Source: a virus | Length of the DNA: 64,000 nucleotides | Virus record (IMG/VR): IMGVR_UViG_3300042731_011014 | Span: 1 to 64,000 of that record | Reading direction: 5' to 3' (one strand) | Shown: positions 49,526 to 58,493 of the stretch, piece after piece | How positions within the stretch are numbered: position 1 is the stretch's first letter | Layout of the letters: every line of letters begins with the position of its first letter | Program-made: the position numbers and the translations under genes | Notes under the pieces: model-generated | Told to the model about the DNA's origin: nothing | The model's database searches: none | Seen by the model: only the letters and a program-made list of their open reading frames with translations

Positions 49526-49760
49526 CAGATATCAACATTTTTGCGATGTAGGGATATAGGGCATATTATTGCTTCTTATTATACTCATACTCTGTTTGAA
49601 TCCAGAATCCCAAATGCTTTAGCTTTGGGAGTACGACAAGCGCTGTGATAGCGTTTTGTGAAAAAAGTGCGATGAGAACTGTATTGAGTTTTCCTGATAT
49701 CGTACATTGTCATTATTTGGCTCACATTTAACTACTTAAAATATTTCAGAAAATTTCCAT

Positions 49761-49806
49761 TTTTACCCTTGATCTTTTCTACTGATCAATCACTATATAA
49801 TTGTAG
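49761..49806 (+). promoter_or_regulatory. Phage promoter motif, copy A
   Basis: TTTTACCCTTGATCTTTTctactgatcaaTCACTATATAATTGTAG, upstream of SD AGGAG and the ATG at 49837. Confidence 0.72.
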
Positions 49807-49836
49807 CGAGAAAAAAACAAAACAAAGGAGAGAGAA

Positions 49837-50022
49837 ATGAGAGTAGAGAAATTAAGAACAAAGATAGAAGCGCACTCAAGCGAGAACGGATGTTCTTGCG
49901 CGGAGGAATTCGCGCAAGAGTGCAAGGAACTGTCTCTCTCTGCGGGGGAAGTTCCCCAGCAAATGCTTACATATTGGCTGCGTACGATTGAATCGTACGC
50001 ATGTGATGAGGAGCAGGATTAA
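49837..50022 (+). CDS. Small acidic hypothetical protein
   Basis: Strong SD (AAGGAG) and upstream promoter motif. Confidence 0.7.
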   Translation: MRVEKLRTKIEAHSSENGCSCAEEFAQECKELSLSAGEVPQQMLTYWLRTIESYACDEEQD

Positions 50023-50023
50023 T

Positions 50024-50074
50024 TAAGCCCTGCTAGAGCCCTCTAGTTAACCGGAGGGCTCTATGGAAGGCTTA
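50024..50074 (+). other. Intercistronic RNA hairpin (processing or stability element)
   Basis: TAAGCC..TAGAGCCCTC-loop-GAGGGCTCTA..GGCTTA; no U-tract, so not an intrinsic terminator. Confidence 0.65.
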
Positions 50075-50088
50075 ACAAAGGAGAAAAA

Positions 50089-50289
50089 ATGGAAGAAAGA
50101 AACGAGCACACCTATTCCTACTATAGCGGGGGGGGGTACTACCCCAAATTAGGGAAGTTCGGGACGGAGCTTATTAAAAAGAATAAAAAATTCGGATATT
50201 CCTTTGATTACAAAGGAATCTCCCATGGCCCATACGCTTCATGGGAAGAAGTCGTAAAAGCATTACGAAAATATCACAATAAACTTTAG
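50089..50289 (+). CDS. Small hypothetical protein
   Basis: Strong SD (AAAGGAG) immediately after the hairpin. Confidence 0.7.
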   Translation: MEERNEHTYSYYSGGGYYPKLGKFGTELIKKNKKFGYSFDYKGISHGPYASWEEVVKALRKYHNKL

Positions 50290-50765
50290 GATCCTTCATT
50301 TTTTTTACCCAGTGCCGCCTTTATAGCTTTTATAGCTGCTTCCTTCATATTATCATCAATATCACCGTGTGTATGATCATAATCGAGCATCTTAACATTT
50401 AGGTCTTCAGCAAGATCTCTAGCTATCTTCCTATCAACAGCTTCGCGAATTGACTTCCATTCATCTGGATTATTTATCAATGACTGTGGTATACCGAATT
50501 CGTCATACTTTTCATCAATCTTGATACCTAGATCGTGAGCTGCCTTGCTAACGATCTCAATTTTTCCACCAACAAATTTCATAAAATTATCCAGACAATC
50601 TACAACCTTTTTCATTTCATTATCCAGATCCTTATCCACACCTTTGTTAAGTTCAAGATCATCACAGATCACGACCCTGCAAGTTGCTACACGATCTAGT
50701 ATCAATTTTACTCGATCCAAAAAATCAGACATGTCAGTACCTATTTGTTCTATTACTGTGCGCAC
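50286..50765 (-). CDS. Hypothetical protein
   Basis: 159-aa ORF convergent with the + strand pair. Confidence 0.55.
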   Translation of the reverse strand: MRTVIEQIGTDMSDFLDRVKLILDRVATCRVVICDDLELNKGVDKDLDNEMKKVVDCLDNFMKFVGGKIEIVSKAAHDLGIKIDEKYDEFGIPQSLINNPDEWKSIREAVDRKIARDLAEDLNVKMLDYDHTHGDIDDNMKEAAIKAIKAALGKKNEGS

Positions 50766-51102
50766 CTTTACCAGTAACCGCTTTTATTCTTTGTGTCAAC
50801 TTACATCCCCTTGCTTTTACACATCCATACCGCTGACACCCACAATCAAGTGTAAGTATTTCACCTTTTTCTGTAATCAAGTCACAGGAACAATAGCCAT
50901 CCCCATCGGAATCTTGACTTGCACACGTTAAGCTTTTGATTTCACCAAGATTATCCGCGTACTCGGTAGCAGCCTTTAACGCCGCAGCATAATCGGCCCC
51001 GCAACTACCTATACCGCCAATAACCGCTGAACCGATAATCAAAACAACGGCCACACAAATAAGCAATTCACCTAGAGTTAATCCGCTTTCTCTTTTCATC
51101 AT
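50734..51102 (-). CDS. Type IV pilin-like protein (class III signal peptide)
   Basis: MMKRESG|LTLGELLICVAVVLIIG: basic leader, Gly-1, Glu+5, hydrophobic helix; Cys-rich C-terminus with DSDGDG. Confidence 0.75.
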   Translation of the reverse strand: MMKRESGLTLGELLICVAVVLIIGSAVIGGIGSCGADYAAALKAATEYADNLGEIKSLTCASQDSDGDGYCSCDLITEKGEILTLDCGCQRYGCVKARGCKLTQRIKAVTGKGAHSNRTNRY

Positions 51103-51321
51103 CCTTTTCCTTTCTTTATCGTTAAACTCTCAATATCCTATTTGCTGATCTTCTTTTCGTAATCTCTTAATTTTTTTACCGCCTCCAGCAGTGATGTTTC
51201 TGCAACCGCACTTGATTGAATCCCTATTGCACCAGCCCATGATTTAGCATACCTTACAATCTCTTCCTTTAGTCCTTGTAGTTTTTTTCTTTGATTACTT
51301 GTCATCCCGGCTCCGCAGTGC

Positions 51322-51840
51322 TTACAAACAACACCTATAATACGTTATAAAAGAAAAGCTAACCTTTTCCTTTGACCTTCTATCGACACCTTTTGCATTT
51401 TCTTTATAGGCCAATCTCCATTTACTAAAATCAATGTTAGGGAAAAATGTATCAGCATCATAATCTCTATCTATTACAGTCAATTCAAGCACTGATGCAA
51501 TATCAAGTCCGGCCTTATAGATCCTTGATCCACCTATAAGAAAAGCTCTATTTTTGCAACCACTTTTTACATGCTTTATAGCATCATTAAAGTTATTGTA
51601 AACCGTAACATTGTCAGGATCAAACCCACTGTCAGATGTTAAAACAATATTCTCTCTTTTAGGTAATGGTCTGGATTTTTTAGGAAACGATTTATATGTC
51701 CTTATCCCCATAATACACGGGTAACCCATCGTAAGTTTTTTAAATCTAACAAAATCCTCTCTAATACTCCAAGGTATCTTGCCATTAATACCAATGGCGT
51801 TATTTCGCGCAATAGCAGCTATAATCGTAAAATCGACCAT
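51322..51840 (-). CDS. folA: Dihydrofolate reductase
   Basis: IAAIARNNAIG..GKIPW...ED...FK, IMGIRTY, RPLPKRENIVLT, LIGGSRIY, DTFFP. Confidence 0.96.
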   Translation of the reverse strand: MVDFTIIAAIARNNAIGINGKIPWSIREDFVRFKKLTMGYPCIMGIRTYKSFPKKSRPLPKRENIVLTSDSGFDPDNVTVYNNFNDAIKHVKSGCKNRAFLIGGSRIYKAGLDIASVLELTVIDRDYDADTFFPNIDFSKWRLAYKENAKGVDRRSKEKVSFSFITYYRCCL

Positions 51841-52706
51841 TAAACTGCTATCTTGAAGCTTATTCTTTTATGATGCTTATAATCAATGATCGATGTATTC
51901 TCATAACTCCAATCAAAAATTGATTCAAAATTATCAGTTGAAATGGTTGGCAACTTGTAAGGATCCCTTGCTATTTGCTTTTTAAGGCCATCAACGTGAT
52001 TCCTGTAAATGTGGGTATCACCCAGAAAACCAATAAGACTACCTTCCTGAAATCCAGCATCTTTAGCAAGTAAATGGAGTAATAATCCATAACTTGCTAT
52101 ATTAAATGGAAGTCCCAACGCAACATCAATGGATCTTTGATTCCATATTAGGCTCAGTTTATTATTTATCACAATAACCTGATAACTGTAATGACATGGT
52201 GGAAGAGCCATGTCTTTTATCTGTACCGGGCTCCATGCTGAAACAATCATTCTCCTATCGTGAGGATCAGTTTTTAGTTTTTCAACTACCAACTTCAACT
52301 GATCGACGCCTTCTGTAGCAGGGGGGAGATTATATGCAGTGTACAATGCACCAAAATTTCTCCACTGGAATCCATAAATTGGACCTAGGTCCCTCTCTTC
52401 CATCATTTTTTTTCTTGTTTCATCATCATGACCATATGGTACTATATTAGGATTGCACCATTCATCCCAAATATGATTATCTCTGGCCTTAAGCCATTCC
52501 TTATCTGTTAAACCTTTTATAAAAAATTCTAACTCTGAGGCAACTAATCTAAAAGGAACAAACTTCGTTGTTACTAGAGGGAAACCAGTTGACATATCAT
52601 GTTCAAACATCGCACCAGGAATTGCTAAAGTATCGATCCCTGTTCTGTTTGACTTCCACTCGCCCTTAGAAAAAATCCTATTAATTATATCAATATACCT
52701 TTTCAT
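51840..52706 (-). CDS. thyA: Thymidylate synthase (ThyA)
   Basis: NRTG, FPLVTTK, IWDEW, LGPIYGFQWR, MALPPCH, QRSIDVALGLPFNIASY. Confidence 0.97.
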   Translation of the reverse strand: MKRYIDIINRIFSKGEWKSNRTGIDTLAIPGAMFEHDMSTGFPLVTTKFVPFRLVASELEFFIKGLTDKEWLKARDNHIWDEWCNPNIVPYGHDDETRKKMMEERDLGPIYGFQWRNFGALYTAYNLPPATEGVDQLKLVVEKLKTDPHDRRMIVSAWSPVQIKDMALPPCHYSYQVIVINNKLSLIWNQRSIDVALGLPFNIASYGLLLHLLAKDAGFQEGSLIGFLGDTHIYRNHVDGLKKQIARDPYKLPTISTDNFESIFDWSYENTSIIDYKHHKRISFKIAV

Positions 52707-52835
52707 AACTTTTCACCTAATAAATGCTTTGCTCTTTTCTGAACTGATTCCCATTCCAGTTTTAATGTCACCACCTCTTACCTTTAATAAAAACAGACTT
52801 TAATAGCGCATTAGCTCCAATTTTAACCGGATCCA

Positions 52836-53363
52836 TTACCAGTCACCCCGAAAATTAGAGAACGGCCAGCTAAACTTCCCCTCGCCGGGTGGTTTTTTAC
52901 CAGCAATCCTCATAAAATCCTCAAACAATCCGATAACAAAAGGTAATACCCTATCATCGCTAATAACACCATGAAGGATAATATCGTCTGGAAGCGTAAT
53001 AACACCCTTATAGCTTTGTCCATAAAGATCGTACAGGTAACTAACGACCGACTGCCATCCACCATAAACATCATTTGCTTCTCTGGCTATAGGGTTCCAT
53101 CCACCTTTTTTTACCCAATTGTAGTTATCAAATGATATATCATCATCATCTGACTTCCTCCATTCAGGTGACCTAATCATAGTAACAAAAGCTTTCTCGC
53201 CAAAGACAGGGGGGATATAGGGCCACATTACTATTTGGGCTATACAGTACTTTTTCGGATCTTTTCCGGCAGTAACCAAATGCGCCATCACTATTTTCTT
53301 AAACATACTTACTCCTTGCTTTGGCCCCCTCCGCCAGATTCGAACTGGATCTTTTACCGACAT
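52836..53363 (-). CDS. Hypothetical protein
   Basis: 175-aa ORF. Confidence 0.55.
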   Translation of the reverse strand: MSVKDPVRIWRRGPKQGVSMFKKIVMAHLVTAGKDPKKYCIAQIVMWPYIPPVFGEKAFVTMIRSPEWRKSDDDDISFDNYNWVKKGGWNPIAREANDVYGGWQSVVSYLYDLYGQSYKGVITLPDDIILHGVISDDRVLPFVIGLFEDFMRIAGKKPPGEGKFSWPFSNFRGDW

Positions 53364-53802
53364 TGAGGCCTATACCCGGTAAACGTTTTACCCTATAAAC
53401 TAAAGAGGGGCTTTTAAATCATCAGAGACCGTTTATCTTCCTGAATCTCCTCTTTTTTTTCAATCTTATTACTTTACTTTTTCCTTGACCTTTTTCTGGA
53501 TCTGTCTTTTCTTCTTCTATAATCTCTTTTTACCATAATTACTTACCTGTTCATATTAAATGGAAGCAAATAATCATACTGTTCTGCAAAGTTCATCTCA
53601 TCAAGTATTCTAGCTAAATCTCTGGAATAGGGAACTACTATTCCAAAAACAACTAGCTCCTCGTCATCGCTCTTTTTAATAACCACAGGGAAGGGTGTAT
53701 TCTTTACCTTCTGAACTCTAACAAGATTTCCAACTTCATAACTTACCGGATCAGAAGTCTTGTAAATCACTCTACATCCGATTATTCGCTCAATCCTCTG
53801 CA

Positions 53803-55125
53803 TTAAAATTTAGATCCCTTTTCTTGCAACCCGATTATTATTGAAGAATAAATTTTATGCATTTCCTCTTTAAACTCAACAGTATGATTGCCAGCAGTAC
53901 AATGTGCAAGTTCTTCGATAATGGTTGATAGCAGATCTTTCTTATCAACCAATACATTCCTTGATATTCTTATTCTTTTTTGTGCACGAGAGTACCCACC
54001 CATAATCTTATCATCCATAAACTCAACAATATCCAAAAATTTGTCGAGATCTTCTTTGCCCATAAACGCAACCAGCCTGCTAACCCACAGCAAGTTATTT
54101 CTCTCCACACTATTAAGAGAACCCACATCAAACTCATTTCTTACCTCATTGCCAACTGTTTTCAACTCCTGTAGATTATATTTTTTATCCAATACCTTCC
54201 TTAAGCCAGATCCAACTACAATCCCCTGTTTCCCGAGGTGAGACACTTCATTAAGATCATCCATGGATCTAACTGGAAACGAATCCTTACCATGCTTTTC
54301 TTCAAACATTTCACCGATTTTATCGGCAAAAATATCATCAACACAATAGCGACTCGCGAAGTGCTCAGTATCGGCCGCATTTGTTGAGAGGAGAGAAAAA
54401 GCAGCACTGTAAAGATTTTTATCTTTTTTTGTTAACTTTTCCCATAGTGCAGTAATTTCATAAGAAAAATCGAATGAATTGATCATTTTTCGATCACGAT
54501 CCGTTTGAGCATTAAAGAGATCGTATCCGTAAGTCATATCCTCTTTATGTTCAATAAATATACCCTTAATATAAATGTTTCCAGCTAATCTTTTGTCAAG
54601 CAATAGTCTGCCCTTATCCAAATCAATAGATTCTATTTTCTTATCGCCCAAAAACAAGATACGATGATTCAGCATTTTCCAGTCGTCTAGATTTACACCA
54701 ATGATCTCAACTATTACACCGCTGCAATCCTTGCGCTTAGCCGTGTCAAAAGCCAGTACCTTTTCATTGTCAAAGTTTTTCGAAAACACAAAAGAAGGGG
54801 TCCACAACTCGCTACCATTACGGATTTTTACGCCATGCCCTGCTTTTAACAGGGCAATAATGCCCAGTTTTAGACCCTCTCCATACTCACCGATCTGATC
54901 ATTTTTCCCTTTTTTATCAGTATACCCGTAAAGCATATGCTTTTTTGATAGAAGAGCACCATTATTCGATACCCTAAGAAGCTTCTTCTTAGGAAGATAT
55001 TTAACGGCCATTACATGGCCCCTCGAGTCTTCATCCTTTGCATTTTGGAGAATCTCCCGACACCCTTCCCAAACACCCCAATCAGGCACACAATCAATAA
55101 ACATAGACAATTCAAATCTGGGCAT
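53803..55125 (-). CDS. GHKL (Hsp90/MORC-like) ATPase-domain protein
   Basis: REILQNAKD (N box), VSNNG (G1), IGEYGEGLKLG (G2); C-terminal IIEELAH. Confidence 0.75.
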   Translation of the reverse strand: MPRFELSMFIDCVPDWGVWEGCREILQNAKDEDSRGHVMAVKYLPKKKLLRVSNNGALLSKKHMLYGYTDKKGKNDQIGEYGEGLKLGIIALLKAGHGVKIRNGSELWTPSFVFSKNFDNEKVLAFDTAKRKDCSGVIVEIIGVNLDDWKMLNHRILFLGDKKIESIDLDKGRLLLDKRLAGNIYIKGIFIEHKEDMTYGYDLFNAQTDRDRKMINSFDFSYEITALWEKLTKKDKNLYSAAFSLLSTNAADTEHFASRYCVDDIFADKIGEMFEEKHGKDSFPVRSMDDLNEVSHLGKQGIVVGSGLRKVLDKKYNLQELKTVGNEVRNEFDVGSLNSVERNNLLWVSRLVAFMGKEDLDKFLDIVEFMDDKIMGGYSRAQKRIRISRNVLVDKKDLLSTIIEELAHCTAGNHTVEFKEEMHKIYSSIIIGLQEKGSKF

Positions 55126-55612
55126 TACTTATTTCCTCATAATTAGGCTCATCGGTAAAATCATAGGTTTCACCGCATGACCTACACTTAACAATTAAGA
55201 CCCTGTTTTCAGCACAAAATTTATCGATTGAAAGATTATCGCTCCCACAGTCACACTGATCCATGAAATTAAAAACAATATCATCATCAGGTAGGGTATC
55301 ATCCCACTCTGCGGGAACGTTAGTTTTCCAGGAATCGTAATAATTGAATGAATTATCCATTATTAAACGCCTCCATTAAATCAATCTTAATAATAACTCG
55401 ACTAGGTACCATTTGGCCGGACGGGATTACATTTACATCCAAAAGCCCACACTCGGCATATCCAACCTGATTATTATCACCGGTGATAATAATAAACCCG
55501 CAAACTTGGCCTTCGCTTCGAACTTTAATCAAAGCGAAGGCACCGCTATCTAGGAAGCCTAAAAAAACATCATATCCCATCTTCATTTTTTGAAGCATTA
55601 TTTTCTCCTTGT

Positions 55613-55659
55613 AAAAAAAAAAAAAACGGCTGTAGCTGGATTAGCTAGGTCCCAGCCGC
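55613..55659 (-). terminator. Intrinsic terminator
   Basis: Minus strand CGGCTG..TAGCT-AATCC-AGCTA-CAGCCG followed by T14. Confidence 0.78.
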
Positions 55660-55676
55660 CAAGACCACAATCAAGG

Positions 55677-56267
55677 TTATCTCTCACCCTTAATCTCTCT
55701 CTCGATCTCATCGCGCCAATCATCCAAAAAACACGACATGTCGCCCTCTTGAATATATTCCAAGATTACATCAAATATTGTCCCAACCTCATACGCCCCT
55801 TTATCTTCATCGTATTTCACAAAACCCTCACAAAAATACGATGTATCCATTTCGCCTACACCTTGAGTCAAAATAGTAGCAACGTGCTCAGTCGAGTCGC
55901 TGAAATATTCATTGTTTTGCAGTGTGACAATAGTGCCATCGGCGAAGATGCAAGCCCTATTTCCACCATTGTGATTCACTAAAACCTCTTTCGCTAGTTC
56001 GTCCCAATCGATCCGATCATAGAGGGCTAAAACAAATTTATCTAAAACAAACTCGTAGGCAGCTTCGGCTAGAAACTGAGGCGATCCACATCTGACCAGA
56101 TTATCAATCTCATCCTCAAGGCTATCACGGTTCCATTTGCATTGTTTTTCGAACAAATCTAATGGCTTAACGTTAAAATAATTGTTCCAGTTAAATTTAT
56201 ATCCATTGGCTTTTTCGAATTTTTCTTGACATGACATTATTTTTTCCTTGATTGAAAGATTTGCCAC
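55677..56267 (-). CDS. Acidic hypothetical protein, transcribed as its own unit
   Basis: Bracketed by promoter motif copy B and the terminator; D/E-rich C-terminal half. Confidence 0.7.
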   Translation of the reverse strand: MANLSIKEKIMSCQEKFEKANGYKFNWNNYFNVKPLDLFEKQCKWNRDSLEDEIDNLVRCGSPQFLAEAAYEFVLDKFVLALYDRIDWDELAKEVLVNHNGGNRACIFADGTIVTLQNNEYFSDSTEHVATILTQGVGEMDTSYFCEGFVKYDEDKGAYEVGTIFDVILEYIQEGDMSCFLDDWRDEIEREIKGER

Positions 56268-56285
56268 CCCTTTTCCCCTCCCGCC

Positions 56286-56332
56286 CTACAATTAAATGGT
56301 GACAGGTGGACGGAAAAGATCAAGGGTAAAAA
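56286..56332 (-). promoter_or_regulatory. Phage promoter motif, copy B
   Basis: Minus strand TTTTTACCCTTGATCTTTTccgtccacctgTCACCATTTAATTGTAG. Confidence 0.72.
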
Positions 56333-56677
56333 TTAAGAAAGATAAGAAAAATTAGGTAGTTAAAGGTGGTTCATTCCTCACCAAAAACCACATTGGCCGT
56401 CATATCGTTCGTTTCAACTTCCCTTCTAATTCCTCCCAATCCTTTAATTGCTTAGGCCCAAAACAATCTTTACAAACATTCCTATGGGGATACATGGTTC
56501 CAGCATGCATAGCCTCGTTATATGAAAGGGCTCTTTCCCTATATTTGCCAAAAACCTCCCCTTTTTCTATTTTTTTATTGCATTTTACACAGTTTCGCTG
56601 TTTTTTTTGCATAATAAAATTTCATTGTTTTTTCCTTGAAAAAGATATTTTGGCCCCCCTCTCAACCCTTCCCCTCC

Positions 56678-56725
56678 CTACAATTAAATCGTGACAGCTC
56701 GAACCCAAAAAATCAAGGGTAGAAA
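56678..56725 (-). promoter_or_regulatory. Phage promoter motif, copy C
   Basis: Minus strand TTTCTACCCTTGATTTTTTgggttcgagctgTCACGATTTAATTGTAG. Confidence 0.72.
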
Positions 56726-56759
56726 ATTAAATATTTCAGTAGATACGTAGGATAAAGGT

Positions 56760-58253
56760 CTACAATGCAGTATTTTCGTGAAGCGTAGGCTCTTCTGACG
56801 AATTCATTCTCACTATGAACTCATGTAGGTTTTTGTTTATCTGTAGTACACTCTGGGCTCGTGTAGTGGCCACATAGATCAGGTTTAGCTCTTCAGGATC
56901 CATGTCTTTAGGGCTCACCAGTTCCCCCATATCGCCAAATAGAGATTCGAAGTCATCTACTAGCCTCACCTGGTCAAACTCCAGCCCCTTAGCCTTGTGG
57001 CAGGTTGAGAACACTATTTCTGCATTATCCTGCTCAACAGTAGCAGTCCTGATCGCCTTCACAAGATCAGGTATCCGCGTACCGTACTGATCAACGACAG
57101 TACATCGGGTAGTCAACTCAAAATCCTCAACTTCCTTGGCGAACTCTTTAAGATCTGAGTACCTATTAAAACTAGCTATATACGGATCTCTGATAAATTC
57201 TTTATTGCCGCATGCCAGCCAGTAGGTATCTACAATTAAATCGAATCTATATCCATTAATCCCACCTACAAAGGCAATTTTCTTACTCAAATGGTTTTCA
57301 ACAATCTCCCTAAAAAGTCCTGAATTCGTTCGGGCAATTACTGCACACTTACCACTAGCATCCCCTATCTCGCTGTTATAAAAATCAGATCCGATAATAG
57401 AGTTTTTTTCCCCACGAAACTGCTGCAACAAAAGTGATGCAAGATCGGCGATTTTCTGACCAAATCGAAAGCTTTTGGTTAAATACTTAATTTCAGTCGC
57501 TTTTATCTCCTCAAGAAAATTTTTACAACCTCTCCAACCATAGATTGCTTGGTACGGATCACCTACCAAAATCTTGGGACATTTTTGCATAAAAATAAAA
57601 TCTGCTGTCACCGGGTTCGTATCTTGAGCTTCGTCAAGCATGATGCAATCAAAATTCAATCTTGGTTTTGATAGCTGATAAATCTTTAGATATCCATCAT
57701 GTAGCATACCAATGGATTCATCACTTCTATCGGCCATTTTTTTCCAAATATCTTTAGCCATTTTAACGAGATTATTCATTTTTAATTTAAGATCGCCTTT
57801 TTTGTCAGAATCGCTATTATTTTTCAGGTATTCAAACCCCATTGGTGTTATATGCTTCGCAGATATTAGATTATCGTCCGACACCAAATATGCGGTAACT
57901 GCATCCATCGCAAAACGCACCTTCTTGTAGTTATTAACCGACAATGCATCACATACGGTATTTACTTTCAAACTCGATATTAGCTTGTGTCTATACTTTG
58001 CTCCAAAATTACGCCAAGCTAAGCTATGGGAAGTCTTTGCAGTTACATTTTTAGGGAATTTTTTCTGCGCCTCAAGCTGAACACTTTTATTAAACGCAAC
58101 ATAAAGAAACTCAGTTTTAGGCCTTGCCTTGGCATACTCGACAAGCGTTGAAGTTTTGCCGGTCCCTGCAAACGCCATTACCTTTAAAACATCCCTGTCA
58201 TTAAGATCAAAATCAACTATATCATTCTGCTCTGCGGTCATTCGCATAAACAT
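56760..58253 (-). CDS. UvrD/REP-family (FBH1-like) superfamily I helicase
   Basis: AFAGTGKT, MLDEAQD, VGDPYQAIYGWRG, STCHKAKGLEFD, NLIYVATTRA. Confidence 0.93.
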   Translation of the reverse strand: MFMRMTAEQNDIVDFDLNDRDVLKVMAFAGTGKTSTLVEYAKARPKTEFLYVAFNKSVQLEAQKKFPKNVTAKTSHSLAWRNFGAKYRHKLISSLKVNTVCDALSVNNYKKVRFAMDAVTAYLVSDDNLISAKHITPMGFEYLKNNSDSDKKGDLKLKMNNLVKMAKDIWKKMADRSDESIGMLHDGYLKIYQLSKPRLNFDCIMLDEAQDTNPVTADFIFMQKCPKILVGDPYQAIYGWRGCKNFLEEIKATEIKYLTKSFRFGQKIADLASLLLQQFRGEKNSIIGSDFYNSEIGDASGKCAVIARTNSGLFREIVENHLSKKIAFVGGINGYRFDLIVDTYWLACGNKEFIRDPYIASFNRYSDLKEFAKEVEDFELTTRCTVVDQYGTRIPDLVKAIRTATVEQDNAEIVFSTCHKAKGLEFDQVRLVDDFESLFGDMGELVSPKDMDPEELNLIYVATTRAQSVLQINKNLHEFIVRMNSSEEPTLHENTAL

Positions 58254-58283
58254 TATTATCTGTTCCTTATTTGTTGCTCAAAG

Positions 58284-58493
58284 TTACTGTTCTACAGGTA
58301 ATTCGCTCTCAGTTGATACCAAATCTTTGGTGCAACTTGAGTCTTGGTTGAGCAGTCCCAACCGGTAGCTATCAGTCCGTTTTTGCAATATGGATTTCAC
58401 TTCCTTAAAGTTTGTCCAACGATCTATCTCAGGATCATATAATCTTGCTAAAACGTTTTTAGCAGCATTCTCATCAGCCTGATATACTTCCCC
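58284..58493 (-). pseudogene. tnpB: 3'-terminal remnant of a TnpB gene
   Basis: Not in track. Translates GEVYQADENAAKNVLARLYDPEIDRWTNFKEVKSILQKRT...STESELPVEQ*; ADxNAAxN is the TnpB RuvC-III motif. Confidence 0.75.

Noticed and set aside
50024-50074. Intrinsic terminator
   Set aside because: Strong stem but no U-tract on either strand, and it is followed immediately by an SD.
51840-52706. dUMP/dCMP hydroxymethylase for base modification
   Set aside because: Canonical ThyA motifs including PFN(I) Asn specificity residue, and it is coupled to DHFR.
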